64,000 nucleotides of DNA, from assembly GCA_965200965.1 (NCBI GenBank), contig OZ241744.1, forward strand, positions 384,001 through 448,000. The letters are read 5' to 3'. Shown piece after piece: positions 1 to 8,667 of the stretch; positions within the stretch are counted from its first letter, which is position 1; each line of letters opens with the position of its first letter. Origin of the DNA: an uncultured Candidatus Binatia bacterium (GTDB lineage: Bacteria > Desulfobacterota > Binatia > Bin18). The position numbers and the translations under genes were made by a program. Under the pieces are notes generated by a model that was not told the origin of the DNA, did not search any database, and saw only the letters and a list, made by a program, of their open reading frames with translations.

Positions 1-240
1 AGGGGATTCTCCGAAAAGCGCCTCGTTTACCAGACGAGTGAATTCGCCCTTACTCAGAAACTTGCCGCAGACTTTGATGCCTGGACCGTGGAGAAAATTC
101 GCTCTCATCAGGAGTGGATGGCGAAACAGGCGACCGGCCTATGGAGAATCCATCTCCCTCTGAGGAGAAGGACGCTTATGCGTGACCAACACACGCATCA
201 CTCAGGACATCCGCGTGCTGAGCACAACCATCGTGGCTAG
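1..240 (+). CDS. C-terminal part of a DUF262/DUF1524 (GmrSD-like) endonuclease, partial at window edge
   Basis: Frame +1 reads RGFSEKRLVYQTSEFALTQKLAADFDAWTVEKIRSHQEWMAKQATGLWRI..., resembling the DUF1524 tail; TAG at 238-240. Confidence 0.6.
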   Translation, partial: RGFSEKRLVYQTSEFALTQKLAADFDAWTVEKIRSHQEWMAKQATGLWRIHLPLRRRTLMRDQHTHHSGHPRAEHNHRG

Positions 241-283
241 GACCGCACGGCGCTGTCAGGCGGGTAGGAAGCGAAGCCGCTGT

Positions 284-760
284 TCACGGTTCCTGGGGCG
301 TTTCCTCACACAATTCCACAAGCCAATCGCCTAAAGTATCCCGGTCAACCAACTGACACTGTGTCGAGTGAGCCACTCCCTTGCCCCTTTTGTACAAGAA
401 TTATTGGTCACGACCATTGCGGCGTTGCAGCCATAGTGTTCCTTTCCTGCCACGGCATCACTCACCGCTCGGCGTGAGACTCGATTGCTGTAGCGCTTCA
501 CCTGCACCGCGTATTTCTTGTCCCCCCTCTCGGCGACGACATCCACCCCCATATCTCCCGCCTTCCCGCAGATTCTTTTTGGCTATCTCGATCTTTTCAG
601 TAAGTTCTTTTTCCCGCCGGCGTCTTTCCTGCTGTGCGCGGAGTTGTTCTAATTCACGGCGTTCTTCTAACTTGACCTGGAAGATAAAGCCGAAAATCGC
701 TTCCATTATCTGAACTCCCGCTCGCTGTGAAAAGTTCTTGTACCAAGTCAAGGACGGGAT
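284..760 (-). pseudogene. Mrr-like restriction endonuclease, frameshifted
   Basis: GVDVVAERGDKKYAVQVKRY...AAMVVTN (Mrr_cat D..QxK motif); coiled-coil N-terminus in another frame; C-terminus AHSTQCQLVDRDTLGDWLVE after a second shift; 5' boundary approximate. Confidence 0.7.
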
Positions 761-848
761 CGGCTGACGGTGGCATCTCAGCCGGCGCATGAGCGCCGGT
801 CTCTCTGTATGGACGCGAGGCCGGCGAGCCAGGATGATGAGGAACGGC

Positions 849-1835
849 TTATTTGGTGAGGCGGATGAATTTTTGCAGGACGTGGCCGTCGAGCGGGATG
901 AGGCCCTGGCGTCCGCCGGCGCTGTAGTTCACCTCGCCGACGTACAGGTCGCCGCGCGAGTCGGCCCAGATGCCGTGCGGGGCGTAGAAGTTGCCCGGCT
1001 CCAGGCCGTGCTCGCCAAAGCGGTGCTGGACCTCGCCGTCGAGGGTCAGGACGCTGACGCACGACGGTGGCTCGTGGGGGGGCACTGCTGCGCCCAAGCC
1101 GTTCGGCATATTGGCCACCTTGAAGCCTAACTCGGCCACAAACAGGTTTTCGTCGGCGTCAATATACAGGTCGTCGGGCCGGCTCACATGGGTCCATTCG
1201 GTACGGTATTCGCCCTCGCCGCTGAAGACCTGGATGCGGGAGTTCTCCCGGTCGGCGACATAGACCGTGCCGCGGCGGTCAACCGCTATCGAGTGCGGGA
1301 GCTTGAACTGACCCGGGCCGCTGCCCGGCTCGCCCCAGGACAACAGCAGCTCGCCGGCGGCCGAGAACTTATGCACCCGGGCGTTGCCATAGCCGTCGGC
1401 AATATACATGGCCCCGTCCGGGGCCAGGGCGACGTTAGTCACCATGTTGAAGGGGCCGGCGGCCTGCTGGACCGGGGTGGTCCAGGCTGTGAAGCCGGTG
1501 TCGGCCGGCGTGTCTTTCTGGCCCAGGGTTTTGAGCAGGGTGCCGTCGGGCCTGAACAGGCGGACGGTATGGTCAAAATTGTCGGCGCAGTAGATGGTAT
1601 CGTCCGGGCCGATACAGATGCCGTGGGCGTTGGTGAACACGCCTTCGCCCCAGGCGTCGAGAAACGTGCCGTCACGGTCAAAGACAATCATCGGGTGCTC
1701 CCCGCGGTTGAAGGCGTACACCCGGTCCTGGGAGTCGGTGGCCACGCCGGCCACCTCAACAAAGGACCAGCCTTCGGGCAGTTGCTCCCAGCCTTCGATG
1801 ACTTCGTATTCGACTTTATTTGTGCCAAGTGCCAT
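849..1835 (-). CDS. NHL-repeat beta-propeller (peptidyl-alpha-hydroxyglycine lyase-like)
   Basis: Repeated PHGI/YVAD motifs; ADGYGNARVHKF; GGAGG SD upstream. Confidence 0.85.
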   Translation of the reverse strand: MALGTNKVEYEVIEGWEQLPEGWSFVEVAGVATDSQDRVYAFNRGEHPMIVFDRDGTFLDAWGEGVFTNAHGICIGPDDTIYCADNFDHTVRLFRPDGTLLKTLGQKDTPADTGFTAWTTPVQQAAGPFNMVTNVALAPDGAMYIADGYGNARVHKFSAAGELLLSWGEPGSGPGQFKLPHSIAVDRRGTVYVADRENSRIQVFSGEGEYRTEWTHVSRPDDLYIDADENLFVAELGFKVANMPNGLGAAVPPHEPPSCVSVLTLDGEVQHRFGEHGLEPGNFYAPHGIWADSRGDLYVGEVNYSAGGRQGLIPLDGHVLQKFIRLTK

Positions 1836-1849
1836 GTGAATCCTCCTCC

Positions 1850-2317
1850 TCAGGGGACGCGCTGATCGAGCTGGATCACGATCCCGTCGGGGTCTTTGAA
1901 CAGGGTGGTCAGGACCTTACGGCCCGGGGCTTCGCCGTAGGCCACGCTGTCAAAGACCTTGGGGGCCAGGACGATGGGCACGCCGGCGGCCTTGACCTTC
2001 TCAAAGGTCTCTTCGAGGTCGTCCACCCAGAAGGCGAAGTGATGGATGCCGACCTGGGTCAGGTTGATCGCCTGACCCGAGGTCGGGCGGTTCTGGGACA
2101 GGACGATAAAGGTGGCGTCCGGGCCGTCTTCCCAGCGCAGATACACCCCGTGGCGGCCGTGCTGCTCCGCGCCGGTGACGGTCTGGATCATGCCGCCGGG
2201 GTTTTCGTTGGGGTCGTCGAGGCTGACGTGCAGGCCGAGCAGGTCGCGGTAGAACTTCAGCGACTTGGCCATATTGCTGACGCCAATAGCGATGTGCGAC
2301 GTGGCTCTGATTTTCAT
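1850..2317 (-). CDS. VOC/glyoxalase family protein
   Basis: HIAIGVSNMAKSLKFYRDLLG; HHFAFWVDD; FKDPDG. Confidence 0.85.
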   Translation of the reverse strand: MKIRATSHIAIGVSNMAKSLKFYRDLLGLHVSLDDPNENPGGMIQTVTGAEQHGRHGVYLRWEDGPDATFIVLSQNRPTSGQAINLTQVGIHHFAFWVDDLEETFEKVKAAGVPIVLAPKVFDSVAYGEAPGRKVLTTLFKDPDGIVIQLDQRVP

Positions 2318-2369
2318 GCCTCCCTCCTTTGCATAGGCGCTTGTGCCTGGCAGCTATGACACGCTTTAT

Positions 2370-2391
2370 GGCCGGCGTCCAGACACCGGCC
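2370..2391 (-). terminator. GC hairpin just after the stop of the displaced pncB 3' copy
   Basis: Minus strand GGCCGGTGT-CTGG-ACGCCGGCC directly after TGA at 2394-2396; no clear U tract. Confidence 0.4.
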
Positions 2392-2404
2392 GCTCAGCCG
2401 GCGC

Positions 2405-2515
2405 AGGCTCGCGCGCGGCGGATCAGGCGGCTTTTGAGTTCGGCGAGGCGCGTCTCGAGCCTCAGCGGATAGGGCTGTGGATCGCTGAGCCGTTTGACCG
2501 CCGGGGGGAGACGGC
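2405..2515. repeat. 111-bp direct repeat, copy 1 (displaced pncB 3' end)
   Basis: Identical by eye to 4512-4622; on the minus strand it continues in frame as ...RRARACAG*. Confidence 0.95.
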
Positions 2516-2589
2516 ATACATTGCCGATCCTAATAAGCATCTGTCCCTGACATCCTGATCGAGCCACAGGGGGGTGGAAACTAGGTCAA

Positions 2590-3783
2590 ATGCTGGATAC
2601 CCTGTTTGTCAGAACCTTCAAGTCCCTGGAGAACGTGACGGTTGACTTGGGACGAGTCAACGTCTTCATTGGTGCCAACGGCAGCGGAAAGAGTAATCTT
2701 CTGGAGGCTTTGGGAGTTCTCTCCGCGGCGGCTGATGGCAGAGTTGATGACCAGACTTTGCTGGCCCGTGGTGTCCGTCCTGGCCTTCCCCTATTCTACA
2801 AATCTGCCTTTCCCGCCAAATCCAGGAAGAGAATCCATCCGCATCTGTATTTCGCAGCACACGGCGCGCAAGCCAGATATGAAGTCTCGCTGCATAACCC
2901 CTTGAAGCTGAGGGAACCCGCCCCCTGGAGATTTAAGACAGAGCGGTGGGAAGATGACAATGGGACAAAGCTCGTTGGACGTGGCCCCCGAGGCCCAAAG
3001 ACGAATACCGAACGGGGACTCGCTGCGCTGAAGGCGGGAGACCTTACCGCTGGTGCCGCCTTGGATCTGTTGACGTTGCTGCAAGGCTACGTCATCTTTT
3101 CGCCAACAACGCCTATATTGCGTGGGGTTGTCCCGGAAACGCAGCCGAGACATCCGGTTGGCGTGTCTGGAGGAAACCTGCCCCGCGCGATCCTGGGATT
3201 GCTGATGCAACGCCACCGCGATAAGCACAGCGAGCGGATCTGTCAGGACACATTAGAACTTGTGGATTGGGCTGCAAGTTTTAGTGCAAGCGCCGCCAGC
3301 CGACTTCCACTCTCTCCGACTGCGGCAGCGTCGAGAGTCGTGCTTCGCTTTCGTGATCGGTTTATGAGAGAGGATCGAAACGTCCTCTCCGGTTATGACG
3401 TTTCCGAAGGTGCTTTGTACGCCCTGTTTCTGGCGGTGATTGCAGGCCACAAGGGCAGTCCCAGGCTCTGTGCGGTTGACAACGCGGACCACGGCCTGAA
3501 CCCCCGCTTGGCCCGGGCGTTGATTGAACGCCTGTGTCAGTGGTATCTCACGGCGGAGGAGGCACGTCAGCTCTTGCTGACGACGCACAACCCGTTGATC
3601 TTGGACGGGCTGCCATTACAGGATGGGCGGGTACGATTGTTTACCGTGTCCCGGACCAGTACAGGCCGCACTGCTGTCCGGCGTGTGGTCGTTGATGACG
3701 CTTTGTTGGAAAGGGCGGAGCAGGGTTGGACCCTATCGCGTTTGTGGGTGATGGGACATCTGGGAGGTGTGCCGGATGTCTGA
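2590..3783 (+). CDS. ABC/AAA_21-type ATPase (defence-associated family)
   Basis: FKSLENV; Walker A GANGSGKSN; signature-like VSEG; Walker B/D-loop-like AVDNADHGLNP; H-loop LTTHNP. Confidence 0.85.
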   Translation: MLDTLFVRTFKSLENVTVDLGRVNVFIGANGSGKSNLLEALGVLSAAADGRVDDQTLLARGVRPGLPLFYKSAFPAKSRKRIHPHLYFAAHGAQARYEVSLHNPLKLREPAPWRFKTERWEDDNGTKLVGRGPRGPKTNTERGLAALKAGDLTAGAALDLLTLLQGYVIFSPTTPILRGVVPETQPRHPVGVSGGNLPRAILGLLMQRHRDKHSERICQDTLELVDWAASFSASAASRLPLSPTAAASRVVLRFRDRFMREDRNVLSGYDVSEGALYALFLAVIAGHKGSPRLCAVDNADHGLNPRLARALIERLCQWYLTAEEARQLLLTTHNPLILDGLPLQDGRVRLFTVSRTSTGRTAVRRVVVDDALLERAEQGWTLSRLWVMGHLGGVPDV

Positions 3784-4513
3784 TCCGCTGCGTGTCGCTG
3801 TTGCCGTCGAAGGACCCACCGATGCCATTGTGCTCCAAGCGATCCTGAGTGCTGTCCTGCCGAATGTCGACTTCGAGTTCCAGACGCTACAGCCGGAAGG
3901 CTCCCTTGCCTTTGATACGTCACCATCCAGCCGAACCGGTGTTGGATGGGCTGGAGTGTATCGTTGGTGTCGCCAATCGGCCTCCGAGGGTGGCGGTTCC
4001 GTGTCCGGCTCTTCGGCACTGTTGTACCATGATGTGTTGATTGTGCAGGTGGATGCGGATGTGGCGAGTAAAACATACCCCGGTGGCGGTATTCGGAATG
4101 CACCGCGCAAGGATCTGCCCTGTGACCAACCTTGTCCACCGCCTAGCAGAACCACAGACGCCCTGCGGACGGTTGTTCTTCGCTGGTTAGGAGAGTCCAA
4201 CACTCCACCACAAATTGTTTTGAGCACGCCGTCGAAGAATATCGAAGCGTGGGTGATTGCGGCGGTCTGGCCGGAGAATGCTCTGGTTCATCGAGACGAT
4301 TGGGAATGTCGGCTCAATCCGCAAGACCAACTGAAACGGCTGCCCAAGGGAAGGCGGTTCGAGAAACGTCAGGACGACTATAAACGCAAGCAAAAGGAAA
4401 TGCAGGACGGGTGGCCGGATGTGTCAGCAAGGCTGACGGAGGCTGGACGATTTGAAGCAGAATTTATAGCGGCCATAAAAAAATCTGAGGAGATGCCCGG
4501 TCAAGTGGTGTAG
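3776..4513 (+). CDS. TOPRIM-like/DUF4276-like partner protein (putative nuclease)
   Basis: VAVAVEGPTD; VQVDAD (DxD); NIEAW; start overlaps the ATPase stop; GGAGG SD. Confidence 0.65.
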   Translation: MSDPLRVAVAVEGPTDAIVLQAILSAVLPNVDFEFQTLQPEGSLAFDTSPSSRTGVGWAGVYRWCRQSASEGGGSVSGSSALLYHDVLIVQVDADVASKTYPGGGIRNAPRKDLPCDQPCPPPSRTTDALRTVVLRWLGESNTPPQIVLSTPSKNIEAWVIAAVWPENALVHRDDWECRLNPQDQLKRLPKGRRFEKRQDDYKRKQKEMQDGWPDVSARLTEAGRFEAEFIAAIKKSEEMPGQVV

Positions 4514-5943
4514 GCTCGCGCGCGGCGGATCAGGCGGCTTTTGAGTTCGGCGAGGCGCGTCTCGAGCCTCAGCGGATAGGGCTGTGGATCGCTGAGCCGT
4601 TTGACCGCCGGGGGGAGACGGCTGAGTTGATCTTGTGCCCGCTGGCGAATCTGGGCCGGCCCTGGGCTGGTGTACACGGCTTTGCCCTGACGCACGACGG
4701 GCAGCAAGAGATCGCTGACCGTCATCCGGCCCGAGAAGGCAGGCTGGGCCGGGTTGGCAATCCCCAGCCGGGTGTCATACACGGTGTCGCCGACAAACGC
4801 GCCGTCGGTCTGATAGCGTCGCGCCTGAAGAATGCCCGGGGTAGTGGTTTTGTCGTCTTCTTCCGACAGCTTGACTTTGTACTGCCAGGGCTGGCCCGGG
4901 CGGCGCACCGCACCCAGCTTATAGACCCCACCCAGGGCCGGTTGGGGGTCGGCTGTCACCAGCTTCGTGCCAATCCCCCACACATTGAGCGGGCTGCCCT
5001 CGGCTTTGAGGCGGGCAATGGCGTGTTCGTCGAGGTCGTTGCTGCCAACAATGAACGCCTCGGGAAACCCGGCCTCGTCCAAGATGGCGCGCGCCTCAAG
5101 CCCGAGCTGAACAAAATCGCCCGAATCCAGGCGAATGCCGGCCAACTCGTGGCCGTGGTCGCGCAGCCAGTGGCCGACCCGAACCGCGTTTCGTACCCCC
5201 GCCCGGCTGTTATAGGTGTCAACCAGAAAGATGCAGTTATTGGGCATGGCACACGCATAGGCTTGAAAGGCTTCGCGTTCGGTGTCAAAGGCCATGACCC
5301 AGCTATGGGCGTGGGTGCCTCTGACCGGAATCCCCAACAGTTTTCCGGCCAACACGTTTGAGGTGGCGGCGCAGCCGCCGATGTACGCGGCCCGACTTGC
5401 TGCTAGCGCACCGTCGATACCCTGGGCCCGGCGGAGACCAAACTCGAGCACCGGCTCTCCATTGGCGGCCACACATATCCGGGCCGCTTTGGTGGCGATG
5501 AGGGTTTGAAAATTGATGAGATTGAGCAACGCGGTTTCGATCAGTTGGCCTTGGAGAAGCGGGCCTTGAACGCGAAGCAGTGGCTGGTTGGGAAAAACGA
5601 CCGTGCCTTCGGGGACAGCATCGACCGAACACGATAAGCGCAGCGCGTGCAGGTAGGTGAGAAACTCGTTGGGAAACAGGGCGTTGCCGTCGTTGCCGGT
5701 CAGTCCGGCCAAGTAGGCGCGGTCCTCGGCAGTAAACTGAAAGTGGGTGAGGAAGTCGAGCGCATAGGCCAGACCACCGGCCAAGCTGAATGCGCCCCCA
5801 AATGGGTTGTGGCGAAAGGACAGGTGAAACACCGCCTGGGCATCAGCCAGGCCCGACCGCCAATAGCCGTAAGCCATAGTGAGTTGGTACAGGTCGGTCA
5901 GCAGAGCCAGGGAGGGGCGGTAGAGTTCGGACGGGATGTTCAT
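4501..5943 (-). CDS. pncB: Nicotinate phosphoribosyltransferase
   Basis: LLTDLYQLTM; EFGLRRAQG; GTHAHSWV; LVDTY; IRLDSGD; GGVYKL. Confidence 0.93.
   Translation of the reverse strand: MNIPSELYRPSLALLTDLYQLTMAYGYWRSGLADAQAVFHLSFRHNPFGGAFSLAGGLAYALDFLTHFQFTAEDRAYLAGLTGNDGNALFPNEFLTYLHALRLSCSVDAVPEGTVVFPNQPLLRVQGPLLQGQLIETALLNLINFQTLIATKAARICVAANGEPVLEFGLRRAQGIDGALAASRAAYIGGCAATSNVLAGKLLGIPVRGTHAHSWVMAFDTEREAFQAYACAMPNNCIFLVDTYNSRAGVRNAVRVGHWLRDHGHELAGIRLDSGDFVQLGLEARAILDEAGFPEAFIVGSNDLDEHAIARLKAEGSPLNVWGIGTKLVTADPQPALGGVYKLGAVRRPGQPWQYKVKLSEEDDKTTTPGILQARRYQTDGAFVGDTVYDTRLGIANPAQPAFSGRMTVSDLLLPVVRQGKAVYTSPGPAQIRQRAQDQLSRLPPAVKRLSDPQPYPLRLETRLAELKSRLIRRARAYTT
4512..4622. repeat. 111-bp direct repeat, copy 2 (inside current pncB 3' end)
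   Basis: Identical to 2405-2515. Confidence 0.95.
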
Positions 5944-5962
5944 CGCGCGGTCAAGACCGGTC

Positions 5963-7540
5963 TTATTCCAGGTTGGCTTCAATCAGCAGCGGGCCCGGGG
6001 TCTGAAATCCATAGCGCAGGGCGTCGTTCAGCTCCTCGGCGCTATGCACCGCCCGGGCCTCAACCCCAAAGCCTTCGGCCAGCTTCACAAAATCAAACAC
6101 CGGCGAGTCCAGGCCAGTCAGCGACAGGCTGGCTTGGCCCGGGGTGATCTTGGCTCGTTCCAGCTCCCAGCGCAAAATGGAGTAAGCCCGGTTTTTACAA
6201 ATGATAGAGGTGACGTTCTGTTTTTCGCGGGCCATCGTCCATAGTGCCTGGATGGTGTACAGGGACGAGCCGTCGCCCTCGAGGCACACCACCGGCCGGT
6301 CCGGGGCCGCGGCGGCCGCCCCGGCTGCACACGGCAAGCCCTGGCCGATCGAACCGCCGGTCAGAGCCATATAGGTGAAGGCCGGCGCACCGGCGGCCAT
6401 TGGATAATAGGCAAAGCCGGCGGTCGCTCCCTCGTCCATCACAATCGCGTTGTCGGGCTGGAGGGCGGCCACCGCCTGGCACATGGTGAGCGGCGTCAGC
6501 GGGCCGGTCGGCGGGGCAGGGCGGTCGGGGGTAGGGGCCTGGCGTTCCGGTGGGGCGTTGAGGGCATCGGCCAGGGCGATGACCGCGGCCGTGGGATCGA
6601 CCGCGGTACCACACACCTCAATCAGTTCGGCCTCTTCAGCGTACAGACCGCTGCGGTTGTTGGGATAGCCAAAAAAGGCCACCGGCTTTGCGGCTCCGGC
6701 CAGCGCCAGGCTTGTATACGGCTCCAGGACTTGGCGGGCGGCCTCTGGGGCGTAGGGGATTTTGTCCGGGCAGATCAGCCCCCGTCCCCGGTCCTGGACC
6801 GGCGGAAAGGTCGGGGCTAAGACCTTGCAGCCGGTGGCTTGGGCGATCCGGTCGGCGGCCCGCAGGCCCGCGGCTCGTAGCGCGCTGCCGCCCAACACCA
6901 GGGCTGCCCCGGATCGACTGAGGGCCCGCGCCGCGTCCTCGACCGCCTTGGGCTGGGGCGGGGCCGGTTGCGAGAGCGTGGGTTGGGGGAGGGGGGAGCT
7001 GAGCTTGGCCCACTGCATGTCGCCGGGCAGGATCAGCGTGCCCGGGCCGCTCGGCCGCCGGGCGGCTTTGGCAATCACCTCGGCCATGTCCGCGGCCACA
7101 TCCTCCAGCTTGGCTGGGGTTTTGACAAAGTGAGCCATCGGCCGGGCCAGGGTGGCGATATCGGAGGTCAACGGCGCGTCCGCGGCGATATGCCAGGTGG
7201 CGTGCTCTCCAACGACCGAAACGACGGGCGAGTTGGCTTTGCGGGCGTTGTGCAGATTGGCCAAGCCGTTGGCCAAGCCCGGGCCGAGGTGGAGGAGGGC
7301 CAGGGCTGGCCGGCCGGTGATCCGGGCATAACCGTCCGCGGCACCGGTACACACCCCCTCGAAGACGGACAGGACCGACCGGATTTGGGGACAGCGGTCA
7401 AGCGCTTCCACCAGATAGAGTTCGGTCGTGCCTGGATTGGCAAAGCAGACATCAATGCCGGCCGCGGCTGCCGTCCGAATGACCGCCTCTGCCCCGGTCA
7501 TTTTGGCGCGCGGTTGTGTCGCAGTGCGTTCGGTCGCCAT
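5963..7540 (-). CDS. TPP-dependent acetolactate synthase large subunit-like enzyme
   Basis: MTGAEAV..CFANPGTTE; GAADGYAR; TPP motif GDGS...N. Confidence 0.88.
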   Translation of the reverse strand: MATERTATQPRAKMTGAEAVIRTAAAAGIDVCFANPGTTELYLVEALDRCPQIRSVLSVFEGVCTGAADGYARITGRPALALLHLGPGLANGLANLHNARKANSPVVSVVGEHATWHIAADAPLTSDIATLARPMAHFVKTPAKLEDVAADMAEVIAKAARRPSGPGTLILPGDMQWAKLSSPLPQPTLSQPAPPQPKAVEDAARALSRSGAALVLGGSALRAAGLRAADRIAQATGCKVLAPTFPPVQDRGRGLICPDKIPYAPEAARQVLEPYTSLALAGAAKPVAFFGYPNNRSGLYAEEAELIEVCGTAVDPTAAVIALADALNAPPERQAPTPDRPAPPTGPLTPLTMCQAVAALQPDNAIVMDEGATAGFAYYPMAAGAPAFTYMALTGGSIGQGLPCAAGAAAAAPDRPVVCLEGDGSSLYTIQALWTMAREKQNVTSIICKNRAYSILRWELERAKITPGQASLSLTGLDSPVFDFVKLAEGFGVEARAVHSAEELNDALRYGFQTPGPLLIEANLE

Positions 7541-7657
7541 AGCAACTCCTCCTCTCTCCGAAACCATGCTGGACAGGGGCCGGGGAGTCAACCGTCGGGG
7601 GCCCGGCCGGGAGCCTGGACAGGCAGGGAGATTTTTGGCACTTTGCTCTACGCTGCC

Positions 7658-8542
7658 ATGCACCTGGAAACCTTCAAAGTCTTCTGCGATGTGGTTGAAA
7701 CAGGCAGTTTCTCGAGGGCCGCGGCCAAGAACCTGCTGACCCAATCCGCGGTCAGCCAGCAGATCCGCAGCCTTGAAGCCCACTATGACCGGCAGCTCGT
7801 TGAACGCACGCGGGGCCGCATCCGGCTTACCCAGGCCGGGGAAGCCCTGTACCAGGTCGGCAAGCAGATATCCCAGAAGTACCGCGAGATTGAAGAGGGG
7901 CTGCAAGCGCTGTCGAACGCGGTGGCCGGCAGCGTGCGTGTGACGACCGTCTACAGTGTTGGGCTGTATGAACTGTCGGCCCCGCTCAAGCGTTATCTCC
8001 AGACCTTCCCCGAGGTCGAGGTTCACCTTGAGTACACCCGGGTCAACAAAATCTATGAGGATGTGAGCCGCGGAGACATTGACCTGGGTATTGTGGCCTA
8101 TCCCAACAAACGGCCCCAGATTGTGGTCACACCGTTTCGGGAAGATCGGCTGGTGCTGGTGTGCGCCCCCCAGCACCCGTTTGCCGCGCTCGACAGCCTG
8201 CCGATGAAACAGCTCGACCGGAAGCAGTTTGTCGGCTTTGAGCGTGATATTCCGACCCGCCGGGCGCTTGACCGGATCTTTCGCCGCCACCATGTCCGGG
8301 TCCAGTACACTACCGAGGTGGACAATATCGAGACGGTCAAGCGGATCGTCGAACTCGGCTCAAGCCTGGCCATCGTGCCCGAGCCGAGCATCGCCCAGGA
8401 GGTCCAGAATGCCACCCTGAAGGTGATACCGTTTGCCGACGAGGTGGTAATGCGACCGCTGGGGATTATCTCCAAGCGGGGCCGGCGTTTCACCCCCGCG
8501 GTCCAGGAGTTTGTGAACTTCCTGCGGGAGGTGTCAGGCTAG
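7658..8542 (+). CDS. LysR family transcriptional regulator
   Basis: GSFSRAAAKNLLTQSAVSQQIRSLE HTH; divergent from the TPP enzyme. Confidence 0.92.
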   Translation: MHLETFKVFCDVVETGSFSRAAAKNLLTQSAVSQQIRSLEAHYDRQLVERTRGRIRLTQAGEALYQVGKQISQKYREIEEGLQALSNAVAGSVRVTTVYSVGLYELSAPLKRYLQTFPEVEVHLEYTRVNKIYEDVSRGDIDLGIVAYPNKRPQIVVTPFREDRLVLVCAPQHPFAALDSLPMKQLDRKQFVGFERDIPTRRALDRIFRRHHVRVQYTTEVDNIETVKRIVELGSSLAIVPEPSIAQEVQNATLKVIPFADEVVMRPLGIISKRGRRFTPAVQEFVNFLREVSG

Positions 8543-8667
8543 CGGCAATGTCCCTGGAATGTGTCCGTGGCGTCAGCCCCAGACGTAGCGTGCAGCTTTG
8601 GCCGGCGGGTCTCTGGTCGTGCTGACGGTCCTGGCCTTCCACAGTTGTCGGGGGTGGTGGTAGGGAG

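Noticed and set aside
7541-8293. Apparent N-terminal extension making the TPP enzyme 776 aa
   Set aside because: It is the antisense of the LysR gene; the SD-supported start is at 7540
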